Source of the DNA: a virus
Lineage: Duplodnaviria > Heunggongvirae > Uroviricota > Caudoviricetes
DNA length: 64,000 nucleotides
IMG/VR virus record: IMGVR_UViG_3300045988_158256
Reading direction: 5' to 3' (one strand)
Of the stretch, positions 31,616-41,808 are shown one piece after another (the stretch's first letter is position 1; each line of letters opens with the position of its first letter). A program made the position numbers and the translations under genes. Under the pieces are notes generated by a model. It searched no databases. It worked only from the letters and a program-made list of their open reading frames with translations, and had not been told where the DNA came from.

Positions 31616-31849
31616 CTACAAGGTGCACTATGTGGCCATTCCGACGGAAATATCACTACTGGCTGATCGCCTTTGTTACGCCGACCGGCGGTATCAGGCA
31701 TGTCATCACCAGGTATCGCAACAAGAGACTCACCTTAGCCAGAATTTTACAGGCTGCCATAGGTGAGGGACTGGATACAAATTGCGTAGTCCTTCCTCCT
31801 TCATACTTAGGAAAAATGACCGAAGCACAAGCTAATACGGAACTTTGAA

Positions 31850-33112
31850 ATGAGCACTTCAGCACAAAACCAATCAATCGAAAATGTATCTATCCCTGAC
31901 GTCCTGAATGCCGGTATCCCGGCCATTATCCAGAACATCCGGGCCGCGCAACGCCGCGTTAGTTGTGATGACCTCACAGCGCGTTTTTTTGATAATGCGG
32001 TTCAGTCAGCGGAGATGCTTCACGCACAGCTTATTGATGTTTATAACGCAGAAGCTGATAGCCATAACTCCCTGGTAGATGCAGCTGAAAATATGCAGTT
32101 GGATCTCGGTCTGAAGGGTAAAGAAATTGAAGAGCTTCAGCTACAAATTGAACATTTGAAACGCCAGCAACAGGACGCGATCGACGATGCGACGCATGAC
32201 GCCAACCAGCGTGCTGATAATGCCGAACGTATAAGCATTGAGCTGGAAACAAAACTCAATGAAATGACCGCGATGGTTGAACTGCGGAACTCACAGATTT
32301 CAACGCTAAAATCTCAATATAAAGAGATCATGAAACTTGATCCTTTTAACCTTGAGAAACGCTATAACAAAGCTAAAAGCGAGCGACAGGAACTGCGTAA
32401 GCAGGTCGCCGACCTTAACCAACAGCTCAAAAAAACTATTAAAGATGCAAGCGAAGCGCGCGTGGCATTTGCTAATAAAAAAGCAGAGGTTACCGCGCTG
32501 GTTAATGAGAATGCCAAATTTGCGACGCTCAAGAAGGAAATGTATGGCATTACTGAGCGCCGTTTCCCTGCAAGCAAACTTCATCCGACGTTAGGGCAAA
32601 TCTCCTTCTTCCCGCGCCTCCTGGCTTATGGGATCTCATCGCCTAAAGAGTTCAATAACGAGCGTCCTTATATCGTTTCTAAGCTGGACTTTGCTTATCA
32701 GTTCTGCTGCGACATGGGCTATGCCATTGATATCCGAATCAACGAATGGTTGATGCCAAACTTCCAGCCGCTGGCCATTTTCCGCGAGTTCCAGCCGGAA
32801 GGTTGGGTAGAGTTCTTCCATGAATTGATCTGTAAAGAGATGGAAAGCCGCCGCCCGGAACTGGTCCGTCGAGTTGAGTGGGCGCAAGAGGTTATGTTGG
32901 CAGAGGCAGAGCTGCCGTTCGAACCGGAATTTATTGATGATCTGGCAGCTAAAGGGCTGCATACCCTGTTTGATGTGGTTACCCGCCGTCATGAGCAGTT
33001 GGTTGTCGAATTGGGTTTAGAGGAAACAGCGGCAAGAAGACTTCTCGATGTTTGCTATGCACGTAGCGATGCATGGGAAAAAGAGAACGGCGGCACTATT
33101 TACGTTCGCTGA
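31850..33112 (+). CDS. coiled-coil protein
   Basis: 420 aa with long heptad-like central region. Confidence 0.45.
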   Translation: MSTSAQNQSIENVSIPDVLNAGIPAIIQNIRAAQRRVSCDDLTARFFDNAVQSAEMLHAQLIDVYNAEADSHNSLVDAAENMQLDLGLKGKEIEELQLQIEHLKRQQQDAIDDATHDANQRADNAERISIELETKLNEMTAMVELRNSQISTLKSQYKEIMKLDPFNLEKRYNKAKSERQELRKQVADLNQQLKKTIKDASEARVAFANKKAEVTALVNENAKFATLKKEMYGITERRFPASKLHPTLGQISFFPRLLAYGISSPKEFNNERPYIVSKLDFAYQFCCDMGYAIDIRINEWLMPNFQPLAIFREFQPEGWVEFFHELICKEMESRRPELVRRVEWAQEVMLAEAELPFEPEFIDDLAAKGLHTLFDVVTRRHEQLVVELGLEETAARRLLDVCYARSDAWEKENGGTIYVR

Positions 33113-33184
33113 CAGTTACAGTGTCACTTTTAATGCTGGTGGAGTGCGCCCACCAGCATTTTTTTCGTCCAATGAGGAGGGCAT

Positions 33185-33691
33185 TTGAGTATTTTCAATA
33201 AACACGCACACCAGGAATGTCCGTATATCGTCATAGTTGATATTGATGGAACAATATCAGAGGCAACTGAAGACAGACTGCATTTGCTTCCGCCACCAGG
33301 TAAAGGTGCATTAACAAAGGACTGGAACGAGTTTAATCTCGCCTGTGACACTGATACTCCCATAACTCCAGTTATTGATATTGTGCGCCAGTTATTTAAC
33401 GTTTACACGGTCTGGTTTGTAACCGGGCGCTGTGAGATCGCAAGGGATAAAACACGAGCCTGGCTGCGGAAGTACGTAACAAACGGGGCTGAGCCTTTGC
33501 TATCTATGCGTCCTGCCACCGATGACAGAAATGACGGCCCAGCAAAGATTGATCTCCTTAAGAAAATTGGTCTAAGTAAAATCGCGTTCGCGCTGGAAGA
33601 TAAGATTGAAGTGGCGCGTGTTTTCAGGAGGCACGGCGTGCTTACGTTAATGGTCAGGGAGTATGAAAACGCGCTTTTCCATCAACAATAA
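33185..33691 (+). CDS. HAD-superfamily phosphatase
   Basis: N-terminal VIVDIDGTI (DxDGT) motif; TTG start after GAGGAGG. Confidence 0.55.
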   Translation: MSIFNKHAHQECPYIVIVDIDGTISEATEDRLHLLPPPGKGALTKDWNEFNLACDTDTPITPVIDIVRQLFNVYTVWFVTGRCEIARDKTRAWLRKYVTNGAEPLLSMRPATDDRNDGPAKIDLLKKIGLSKIAFALEDKIEVARVFRRHGVLTLMVREYENALFHQQ

Positions 33692-33707
33692 TTGCTATAA
33701 TAAATAT
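33691..33707 (+). promoter_or_regulatory. C1 operator-like site
   Basis: ATTGCTATAATAAATAT, 15/17. Confidence 0.55.
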
Positions 33708-33885
33708 TGATTTTTAAAACAGAGAAAGTGAAAATAAAAACATGCCGCAAGGCGCGGCATGTATCCAATCAATCACAGGAGCTGAAAATATGAACACGGC
33801 ATTCAAAATCATTATGGCCGCGATCTATTTCTGGCTGTTCTCTATCACTTTTGGCGGCATCGTCGCACATGGGTAAGGGGGATGC

Positions 33886-34467
33886 ATGAAAGGCGAAGTG
33901 AAAGAGCGCGGCATGATTTTTAACGATGAGATGGTCCGGGCAATTCTTGGCGGGAATAAAACACAGACTCGCAGGATTGTTGAAGAAAAATTCTATGGAC
34001 GGGCAGTGGCCGCAGAGTTGCTTGCCAAGCATTGTCCATATGGTCAACCGGGCGATCGTATTTGGGTTCGCGAAACCTACCGGGTACATGGCAAAGCGAC
34101 GGACGTCGCAACGCTGGTTTATCGCGCAAGCGTGCGTAACTCCTGGACAGAACAAACGCACCGGGTTCCGGTCGAGGTTTGTAATAAACCAGTATCAGAA
34201 AAGTGGACGCCATCAATTCACATGCCGCGCTGGGCATCGCGCATTCTTCTGGAAATTACCAACGTGCGCGTTGAGCGGTTGAACGATATCAGCGAATGCG
34301 ATGCAAGGGCTGAGGGCGCACCAACAGAATCGACCCTCATTGGCGATAAGCATTACCCAGGTTTCCGTAGCCTATGGAAATCAATTTATGGCGAAGATAG
34401 TTGGAACGCTAATCCTTGGGTGTGGGTAATAGAGTTTGAGCGTATTCAGGGGGCAACCAGTGAGTGA
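33886..34467 (+). CDS. ASCH domain protein
   Basis: MVRAILGGNKTQTRR matches the ASCH GxKxxxxR motif. Confidence 0.5.
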   Translation: MKGEVKERGMIFNDEMVRAILGGNKTQTRRIVEEKFYGRAVAAELLAKHCPYGQPGDRIWVRETYRVHGKATDVATLVYRASVRNSWTEQTHRVPVEVCNKPVSEKWTPSIHMPRWASRILLEITNVRVERLNDISECDARAEGAPTESTLIGDKHYPGFRSLWKSIYGEDSWNANPWVWVIEFERIQGATSE

Positions 34468-34720
34468 GTCAAAATGCCAAATTAATGGCAACAAGATAGA
34501 ACCGTGCGCGGCGTTGGCACAATCCCTGGAGCATGACGCTGAATACACGACGCGAAAAGGTCTGCTGAAATACAAAATCTATAACCATGAATTAATTCAT
34601 TCACAAGACCTGATCATGCTGCGGTCTGGTGAATTTTCTAAATCGCCTATTCGAGTTTCATTTTGCCCGTTCTGTGGTGAAAGTCTGAAAACGTGGGAAG
34701 CGGAGGCAACCAGTGAATAA
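34436..34720 (+). CDS. small zinc-ribbon protein
   Basis: C...C...CPFC pattern; start uncertain. Confidence 0.35.
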   Translation: MSVFRGQPVSESKCQINGNKIEPCAALAQSLEHDAEYTTRKGLLKYKIYNHELIHSQDLIMLRSGEFSKSPIRVSFCPFCGESLKTWEAEATSE

Positions 34721-35357
34721 CCGCTTTTACATGATGTGCTTGCGTGAAACTGTGGGTAATAACGCCTCATTCCATTGCCATAACGGCAATGGTTACAGTT
34801 CTGATATCGATCGCGCTCATGTTTACACGCTGGAAGAAGCCCAAAAAGCCTGGAATTGTGGACGAGATATCGATCAGCCTGTTTGCGCTGATAGCGTGGA
34901 TGCAATGGCTGTGTGGCACGTTGATTGCCAGTACATTCCCACAGAAAGCCTGATTGAGTCAGATTGCACTGCGTATGTGGCCTACAAAAAAGGTAGCTGG
35001 AACGGCAACGATGTTTACTGGCTTCAACACGGTGGATTGCCAACAGATGACTTCAGTAAAGCGACCATCTTTAGCGTCGCCAACAAAAACGAACCAGGAA
35101 TAGTTTGGTTGCCATTTTCCATTGCTGATGCAGCAAAGCGTCGGACGTTCAATATCAATAACTTTAACCGCAGAACAATGGTTCAGGGCGCAGGTTTGGT
35201 CATGCCTGACTGGTTGAAAGAGCAGAACAGAAGAAAGAAGTCGCGAAGCGGGAAGGTGCGTTGGAATTGTCCGCATTGCGGAAAAATAACCTGGCAGTAC
35301 AGCCCATATGATTTTGAAGGCTGTAGTGATTACAACTGTGAAGGATGGCGAGAATGA
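34713..35357 (+). CDS. hypothetical protein with C-terminal Cys-rich motif
   Basis: 214 aa; CPHCG...C...C. Confidence 0.4.
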   Translation: MNNRFYMMCLRETVGNNASFHCHNGNGYSSDIDRAHVYTLEEAQKAWNCGRDIDQPVCADSVDAMAVWHVDCQYIPTESLIESDCTAYVAYKKGSWNGNDVYWLQHGGLPTDDFSKATIFSVANKNEPGIVWLPFSIADAAKRRTFNINNFNRRTMVQGAGLVMPDWLKEQNRRKKSRSGKVRWNCPHCGKITWQYSPYDFEGCSDYNCEGWRE

Positions 35358-36103
35358 CAATTGACTATCAGGCACTGCGTGAGGCGGCAGAGCGTGCAAT
35401 TCCGGCAATGGAACGCCTGTTAATGTTGCCAGTTGATGATGATTTGTTAACTGAACAGGAACTTAAGGATTACGGTGTGGATATTGATGCGCTCAACGCC
35501 TTCAAATTTCTGACCGGACCAGAAACCGTGCTAGCACTACTGGATGAACGGGAAAGAAACCAGCAATACATAAAACGCCGCGACCAGGAGAACGAGGATA
35601 TTGCGCTAACGGTAGGGAAGCTGAGAGTTGAGCTTGAGGAAGTAAAACAACACGCTGAAGAATTATCCGAAACCAAGGCTGTTCGTAACCAATGGCGGCC
35701 AGATCTTTGCCCAATAACCGGACGTGCATTTTTCATGTGGATTGAGCATCCAACATTGGGAAATGTGCCGACATATGGTGGCCCATTAGATAGTTACACC
35801 ATTCCAACAAAGGACGGTGACGGTGAGTTTTCATGTGAGCGTTACGATCATGATTTTGGCGGTTGGGTAGAAAGCGAATGTCTTGGGTTATATCTGATTG
35901 ATGATAGAGAACAATGCAGGGTCTACGAACTGGAGGAACGCGTTAAGGAACTGGATGCTCGGGAAATATCGCTCCCGGAACGTAGCAGCATGCTTCATCG
36001 AACAGATTTTCACGATGATTACCAAACGGTAATGGCATACAAAGTTTCTGAAGTCATCGATGCAATCCGCGCCGCAGGCATTCGCATCAAAGGAGGTGAG
36101 TAA
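35345..36103 (+). CDS. Ead/Ea22-like protein
   Basis: N-terminal MTIDYQALREAAERA typical of lambdoid Ea22-like proteins. Confidence 0.5.
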   Translation: MARMTIDYQALREAAERAIPAMERLLMLPVDDDLLTEQELKDYGVDIDALNAFKFLTGPETVLALLDERERNQQYIKRRDQENEDIALTVGKLRVELEEVKQHAEELSETKAVRNQWRPDLCPITGRAFFMWIEHPTLGNVPTYGGPLDSYTIPTKDGDGEFSCERYDHDFGGWVESECLGLYLIDDREQCRVYELEERVKELDAREISLPERSSMLHRTDFHDDYQTVMAYKVSEVIDAIRAAGIRIKGGE

Positions 36104-36112
36104 TGCGTGTGG

Positions 36113-36289
36113 CATGTATCGGCTTGTTACCGTACCCGACTCGTTTTTGGGCTTCTGCGCTAATTGCAAAGCCGTATGTCCTGATGGCTGACAACATCAT
36201 CCCGGCACCAAAGCGCCGCCATACCGGTATTGCAGCGGCACGACGAGCAGCAAAGAGACGCAGGAGAGCAAAGCGATGAAAAACCGTAA
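36113..36289 (+). CDS. small basic protein
   Basis: 58 aa; strong AGGAGG RBS; not in ORF track (below 60 aa). Confidence 0.35.
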
Positions 36290-36466
36290 AGCAAAGATTC
36301 TGTTAGTTCGTAGAAACGCTCCTGGCGTCTGGCAGTGGGTGAGACTCAGCAACCGACGGATGGGGTTAATGAAACATTACGGGATGATGGATTGTGGTTT
36401 TTGCAAAAAGCCCAGCGCGGCGCAAAACCGCTGGAAAAACCACTTGCGCACTAAAGGAGAGTGATA

Positions 36467-36675
36467 TGGCTATCGCTGCAAGTTACACCATGCATCTCTA
36501 TTGTGATTGCCTCCAGTGTACAGATGGCAAATATAAGTCGCCAGACTTCGGTGAGTATATAGGTACGTCATGGGCTGGCTGTGCAAAAGAGGCGCGCAAG
36601 GATGGCTGGCGAATAAGCAAAGACAAAACGCGTGCTTTTGCGCCCGGGCATAAAGTTTTGAGGATTAACAAATGA
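36467..36675 (+). CDS. small Cys-rich protein
   Basis: 69 aa; GGAG RBS. Confidence 0.35.
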
Positions 36676-37868
36676 CCACTATAACCAAAGAGCGACTGCT
36701 GACAATCAAGCAGTGGCGCGAAACATACGGACCGGGTAGCAACGTTGTACTGCCAGCAGAAGAAGCGGAAGAACTGGCACGGATTGCTCTGGCATCGCTG
36801 GAAGCAAAACCAATAGGTGCATTCCACATTGCAGAACAGCAAGTTGACGGCACAAGTGACTACCTCAAGGATGGAGAATGGCCTATTGATAATGGAATTA
36901 TTGAGGTCTACGCCGCTCCCCCCGTTCCAGTAGTACCGGAAGAAAAACCAATGCCTAATCCTCTTAGCATGTACGCGGTTGATGCTGTTGCCGCTATTGC
37001 AGAGGTGAGAGGCTGGAACGCCTGCCGCGCCGCCATGCTTCAGTCCGGAAACTTTCGGGAAAATAAGAATTCGTCAACCAATAATTTTCGGGAAATCGCG
37101 GAAACGTCAACCAACTATCCGGTAATTCCTAGTGAAGTGTTGTCCGCAATCCTGAAGGTTGCCAAGATTCGTGCCGATTTCGATGATTTTGACGGTGACA
37201 GGCGAGGTATCGGTGATTGTCTGGATGAGGCTGAGCAAGAGCTTATCGTTACCATTAACAAATATGCCAGTCAGTTGGCAGCAGAACCGATAGCGACTAA
37301 TGACGTTCGAGAGCAAACAGCCGTTCCGCCAGTTCCTGTAATACAGGCTGATGTCGCGCAGGCAATTGAAAAACTCAAACGGAAATTAGTGGAATGCAAT
37401 CGCTATAACTACTGCGCAGATGCAGTTAAGGGCGTTGAGTATGCCTGCCACGCTGCCATGCTTCAGGGTAGCCAACCTGTAAGCCAAACTTACAAGTTTC
37501 CAGTTAATACACCTTGCCAGGATGCGCCAGCCCATATCTGGCTGCAAACAGCTGGAGTATGGCCAGAAGATGGCGAGTTAAGCGAATTAACGTGGTGCAG
37601 CCACAATCAGCACCATGATGACACGCTATATGTTCGAGCTGACTTGGTAAATGGCAATTCTCAGGTAACTCCGGATGGTTGGATAAGCTGTAGTGAGCGA
37701 ATGCCCGCTCAAGATGATTGGATTTTAATTTATTCAAAGCACGGTGAGTATATGGCAGGACAGGTGCAAGGGGAATACGTGGAGTTGAGCGACGGCACTT
37801 TATCCTGGTTAGGGAACGCCTTGTTCTGGATGCTGCTACCAGAACCTCCCCAGGAGGCAGGTCAATGA
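36672..37868 (+). CDS. DUF551-like protein
   Basis: C-terminal WISCSERMP...LFWMLLPEPP resembles the DUF551 signature of lambdoid prophage proteins. Confidence 0.5.
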   Translation: MTTITKERLLTIKQWRETYGPGSNVVLPAEEAEELARIALASLEAKPIGAFHIAEQQVDGTSDYLKDGEWPIDNGIIEVYAAPPVPVVPEEKPMPNPLSMYAVDAVAAIAEVRGWNACRAAMLQSGNFRENKNSSTNNFREIAETSTNYPVIPSEVLSAILKVAKIRADFDDFDGDRRGIGDCLDEAEQELIVTINKYASQLAAEPIATNDVREQTAVPPVPVIQADVAQAIEKLKRKLVECNRYNYCADAVKGVEYACHAAMLQGSQPVSQTYKFPVNTPCQDAPAHIWLQTAGVWPEDGELSELTWCSHNQHHDDTLYVRADLVNGNSQVTPDGWISCSERMPAQDDWILIYSKHGEYMAGQVQGEYVELSDGTLSWLGNALFWMLLPEPPQEAGQ

Positions 37869-37932
37869 GCTGGCCTGAAGCATTCGCAACGGTAGGAATT
37901 GTGATGGCGGCAGCACTGGGTTTGTATTCAAT

Positions 37933-38184
37933 TTGTCGCTGGTGGTAACGATGGGGAAATTAACTTTTGTAGTCGAATTTGAGGATGGTAAAGAGCCACC
38001 TGTTAGCGCCAATCTTGATGTTGCTGGTGGAAGGCTTGTTTCGGTTCTATTTGGTGACTACCGAGATGACTTCTTCCAACCAGAAGAAGTTGATGTAGTG
38101 CGAGAGGCATTAAACGAGTTAAGTGTTGACAACGATGATGCTCATGCGGAAATCATCCAAAAAATGGAACTGCTAACTCACTAA
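37933..38184 (+). CDS. small acidic protein
   Basis: 83-aa ORF (possible start at 37951). Confidence 0.35.
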   Translation: MSLVVTMGKLTFVVEFEDGKEPPVSANLDVAGGRLVSVLFGDYRDDFFQPEEVDVVREALNELSVDNDDAHAEIIQKMELLTH

Positions 38185-38232
38185 ATTATCAATTATGGTG
38201 CTATAACCTACGACACCGAGAGAAAATTTATA

Positions 38233-38355
38233 ATGTCAAAAGTAAATGTTTTGATTTTTTCAGCAATTGTTGGCTTTGGTTTTACTGCCGGAGTGCAGAT
38301 TTATATTACGTGGGAAAAAATCATCAACTACGCATGGAGTTGTTTTATTAAGTGA
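38233..38355 (+). CDS. small hydrophobic peptide (40 aa), AT-rich cassette
   Basis: MSKVNVLIFSAIVGFGFTAGVQIYITWEKIINYAWSCFIK; single transmembrane helix; below ORF-track threshold. Confidence 0.35.
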   Translation: MSKVNVLIFSAIVGFGFTAGVQIYITWEKIINYAWSCFIK

Positions 38356-38362
38356 GGTAAGT

Positions 38363-38656
38363 ATGTGGAGAGGTAATAGTCATGGCAAAAGCCAGATGAT
38401 ACTTACCGAATATCAGTTTGACCATAAAACCAATAAATCACGTTCAGTATATTTGCTTCGGCACAATAGCCGCGTAAGGAATACCGTGCTGGAGCAAAAT
38501 CTGACTGTTGAAATAGATAATTACGGGGGCTTCAAGCCAACAATTTCGCTTGATGATTTTCCTCGTGGTTTAAGCGAAAGAGAAGCAATGCTGAAATTAG
38601 CAGAATGGCTACAAAGATTAAGCATTGCTATTGAAGATAACTGGTCTGAACCTTAA
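38363..38656 (+). CDS. hypothetical protein (97 aa), AT-rich cassette
   Basis: ATG at 38363 with GAGG 8 nt upstream; no domain recognised. Confidence 0.45.
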   Translation: MWRGNSHGKSQMILTEYQFDHKTNKSRSVYLLRHNSRVRNTVLEQNLTVEIDNYGGFKPTISLDDFPRGLSEREAMLKLAEWLQRLSIAIEDNWSEP

Positions 38657-38662
38657 ATTTAT

Positions 38663-39037
38663 ATGATGACACTAAAACATTTTCTTGACCGCCCATTATG
38701 GGCGGCAGCCGCAGGCTATGACTTTAATTATATGGATTGCATGTCTTATACCGCCAATGCATACGACTATTCCTTCAGTCTGCTGCTTAATTCTTTAAGA
38801 ATATTGCCGCAAACAGAAGTTGGAGAGCTTCATTTATGGCTATTGGGCTTTATCGCGGCTGGAGTTGGTATTGCTGTATGGCCTTTTATTTTCTGGCTGG
38901 TGGCTGTTGTAGTGTGGTTTAAGTGCAAGACGTACCGGAGAAAGTATTTCTTAGGTGATGGAATGACTGATATTGCCAAAATGAACATTGAAAAATGGAC
39001 TAAGGAATGTGAAAAGAAATGGCGCAAAAAGAAATGA
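38663..39037 (+). CDS. membrane protein (124 aa), AT-rich cassette
   Basis: Hydrophobic segment LWLLGFIAAGVGIAVWPFIFWLVAVVVWF; K-rich C-terminus. Confidence 0.45.
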   Translation: MMTLKHFLDRPLWAAAAGYDFNYMDCMSYTANAYDYSFSLLLNSLRILPQTEVGELHLWLLGFIAAGVGIAVWPFIFWLVAVVVWFKCKTYRRKYFLGDGMTDIAKMNIEKWTKECEKKWRKKK

Positions 39038-39951
39038 CCAGAATCACTGAAGAGCGTATATCAGAGATTATTTCCCGTATCGAAATGTATGGTCACGGTG
39101 CTGGATATACGGCAGATGAAGTATTGGCACTTGCCCAAATGGCTTTGGCGGCTTGCAAAGATGATAAAAAAATGAAGCTTATCGACTTGTTAGTGAAGGA
39201 GCTGCCTAAGTGTGGCGGGTGGCCTGATGGAATGAGTTATTGTTACCTACCCAGTGTCAATTTAATGGCACCATGCGCGACTTTTGCTTTTGGCTCAGAC
39301 CACAAAAAAGACACTTTCTTTGGGCGCAATTTTTGTTGTGAGATTGAGCTTCCAATTGGTGACCTTGATAGCGATGAATACCAGTCAGTTGTCACTCGCG
39401 AACAATACGAATCAGCTCTCATAGCGTCGCAGAAAGTCGAGTTCAATGGTGATGAACTTGAAAGTAAGACTTACAGGTTGGATTTTGGGCAATGGCTGGA
39501 ACAGCAACGCGGGAAAATCGATGTGGACTGTGGTTGTGTGTCCACTGAAACATTCATGCACTGGCTGCGGGTAGCTTACGAGGCTGGCAACTATCCGGAT
39601 ATTCCGGATAGTTCGGTGCCAGCGCCAGGAAAGGGCGTCACCGGTGAACGTATCCGCATTAAGCCGCATGTTTATCGCGAACTGGTTAACCGTCTCCACG
39701 ATACAGCGATCAAGTGTGCTGGCACCCAGCAATTACGAGAAAGAATTAGCCGTGTTTTGGGCGACGTTATTACGCCATATCATCATAAACAAGCCGAGAA
39801 AAGCGGTCTGGAAAGGTGTCATCTTGAGGCAGCATTAAACATTAAGCCGGGGCATACGCTTGGCATTATTGATGCACTGTTGGTTCATAAGATGGCCAGG
39901 GCTTTATTGTCGTTGGTGGACGCTGGTGATACAAGCGAGGGTGAAGTATGA
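39019..39951 (+). CDS. hypothetical protein
   Basis: 310-aa ORF in operon. Confidence 0.4.
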   Translation: MAQKEMTRITEERISEIISRIEMYGHGAGYTADEVLALAQMALAACKDDKKMKLIDLLVKELPKCGGWPDGMSYCYLPSVNLMAPCATFAFGSDHKKDTFFGRNFCCEIELPIGDLDSDEYQSVVTREQYESALIASQKVEFNGDELESKTYRLDFGQWLEQQRGKIDVDCGCVSTETFMHWLRVAYEAGNYPDIPDSSVPAPGKGVTGERIRIKPHVYRELVNRLHDTAIKCAGTQQLRERISRVLGDVITPYHHKQAEKSGLERCHLEAALNIKPGHTLGIIDALLVHKMARALLSLVDAGDTSEGEV

Positions 39952-40310
39952 GAGTTGCAGATCACATCAAACACCTTGAAAGAATTATCGAAAACGGTGA
40001 ACTCTTAAGAGATCAGATGAGACGCACGGCAGAAGCCAGGGAGGCGATAATCCGCAGTCAGGCTGGTAAATTAAAGCAATTATCAGAGATTAACGCGCTA
40101 TACAAGAACAGACGTAACCGGGCGGCGCTGCGGCTTCAGAAAGCACGTAATGAAATTAAATTGGTGGAGGCAAAACTGAAAAAACAGATTCAGCGTTACG
40201 ATCAGCAAGATGCTTTTTATGCCGCCATCAAGGCGGCTGCTAATGAAATAGGCATCTGGAAGTTGCTGGTGGAGAAAGCAAAGACGAAGTTAAATGCCAA
40301 CGAAAGCTGA
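39948..40310 (+). CDS. coiled-coil protein
   Basis: 120 aa, overlapping start. Confidence 0.4.
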   Translation: MRVADHIKHLERIIENGELLRDQMRRTAEAREAIIRSQAGKLKQLSEINALYKNRRNRAALRLQKARNEIKLVEAKLKKQIQRYDQQDAFYAAIKAAANEIGIWKLLVEKAKTKLNANES

Positions 40311-40375
40311 ACTACAGGTACCCACCAGCACATACAGAAAATGATTGTTTCCACATCAAGGAGATTTTAATGTTT

Positions 40376-40513
40376 CACTGAACATTAAGTAAGCCAGTGC
40401 ATAATTCCATTTTTTACTGACCTTAAAAGCAAAATCAAAACGATGATGAGGATGATCGCCAGAATCTGGCTAATAACAGGCGCATCTAAAAATGCACTCA
40501 GGAACTGAAAAAA
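40376..40513 (-). CDS. small hydrophobic peptide (45 aa), type I toxin-like
   Basis: MTAFFQFLSAFLDAPVISQILAIILIIVLILLLRSVKNGIMHWLT; AGGA RBS about 11 nt upstream; sits in an otherwise non-coding 640-bp gap. Confidence 0.3.
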
Positions 40514-40971
40514 AGCAGTCATTAAGGTGGTTCCTTGTCAAATGTAAAGGAGCACTTGCTCACGTTGACGTAGAAACCCAACCCCTATATAGTTGGATTC
40601 GGTGAAAGAAAGTCGTTAACGTGAGCTTACGGCACATGTTTTCGGAACAACATCAGGGAACGGCTAATTCCTTGATGCGGATGGGGTCTGTAATGCAGAC
40701 CCTATCTATTAACGTCATGATTGCATCTCAAATTTTCTCCTTATCTTCATTAATCAAAATTCATTTCATTTGTGAAACATCACAATATTTAGAAAATGGC
40801 CCTCTTGCAAGTGCATAACTTTGTGGATAAATCAGGAAGAAAAAAGTTGATTCTGCGCACGGCAAGGCAGATAAGCTGTGCACAAAAATCAATGGGAAAA
40901 GAAAAAAAATTAAAAGTTACTTTGCTGGTTAAATAATAGTCGTTACGCAATTGTTCTGGATGGGATTTGAT

Positions 40972-41223
40972 ATGCACGATTGGAATATTGCAGCTAAAAG
41001 TCAGGAAGAACGGGATAAGGTTAACGTTGATCTGGCTGCCAGCGGTGTGGCGTACAAAGAGCGATTGAACATACCTGTCATAGCTGAACAGGTAGCCCGC
41101 GAGCAACCAGAGAATCTGCGCACCTATTTCATGGAACGGTTACGGCACTATCGGCAGTTAAGCCTCCAGTTGCCAAAAGGGAGCGATCCGGTGTATCAGA
41201 ACGAGGATGCACCAAAAAAATAA
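40972..41223 (+). CDS. hot: homolog of DNA polymerase III theta subunit (HolE)
   Basis: [36 protein letters not shown] parallels E. coli HolE. Confidence 0.75.
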   Translation: MHDWNIAAKSQEERDKVNVDLAASGVAYKERLNIPVIAEQVAREQPENLRTYFMERLRHYRQLSLQLPKGSDPVYQNEDAPKK

Positions 41224-41308
41224 CGGCAAGATGGGGGAGAAATGTGATTAGCCCCCAGCGTGGCGCGCCTACAAACCCCGCTTTCACAAACTATGCCTTT
41301 TCAATGTA

Positions 41309-41328
41309 TACTGTATGAATAAACAGTA
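41309..41328. promoter_or_regulatory. LexA box upstream of humD
   Basis: TACTGTATGAATAAACAGTA: CTGT-N8-ACAG palindrome. Confidence 0.8.
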
Positions 41329-41346
41329 TCATTGAGGTAAAACGCT

Positions 41347-41736
41347 ATGGGCTTCCCTTCTCCTGCGGCGGATTATGTTGAAAGCCGAATTTCTCTTGAT
41401 CAGCAGATAATTAGACATCCTTCAGCGACCTACTTCATGCGGGCAGCTGATAGCCATCACCGTGAGGGAATATTGCAGGGTGCTTTGCTGGTGGTTGATT
41501 CCTCGCTTACTCCGGTTGATGGTTCTCTGCTTGTGTGCGCTATGGAGGGTGAATATCGCATAAAGAGATACAGGAAGTATCCGCGCCAGCACCTGGAGGA
41601 TTTAAGCACCGGGAAGAAAGAGGCGTTACCAGTAGATGACGATGGATACACGGGCAGTAATGCTGTTTTTGGTGTGATCACTCATGTCATCAATGATGCC
41701 CGAAGTGGGGAATTTGATGATTGTCCGGTTATTTAA
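41347..41736 (+). CDS. humD: UmuD-like protein
   Basis: 129 aa; LexA box upstream; position before phd-doc. Confidence 0.8.
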   Translation: MGFPSPAADYVESRISLDQQIIRHPSATYFMRAADSHHREGILQGALLVVDSSLTPVDGSLLVCAMEGEYRIKRYRKYPRQHLEDLSTGKKEALPVDDDGYTGSNAVFGVITHVINDARSGEFDDCPVI

Positions 41737-41808
41737 GCTGCAAAGTGCTGGTGCTTTATGCCTGTGAAGTTTATAATTGTGTACACATAACGAGTACACG
41801 AGGTGTTT

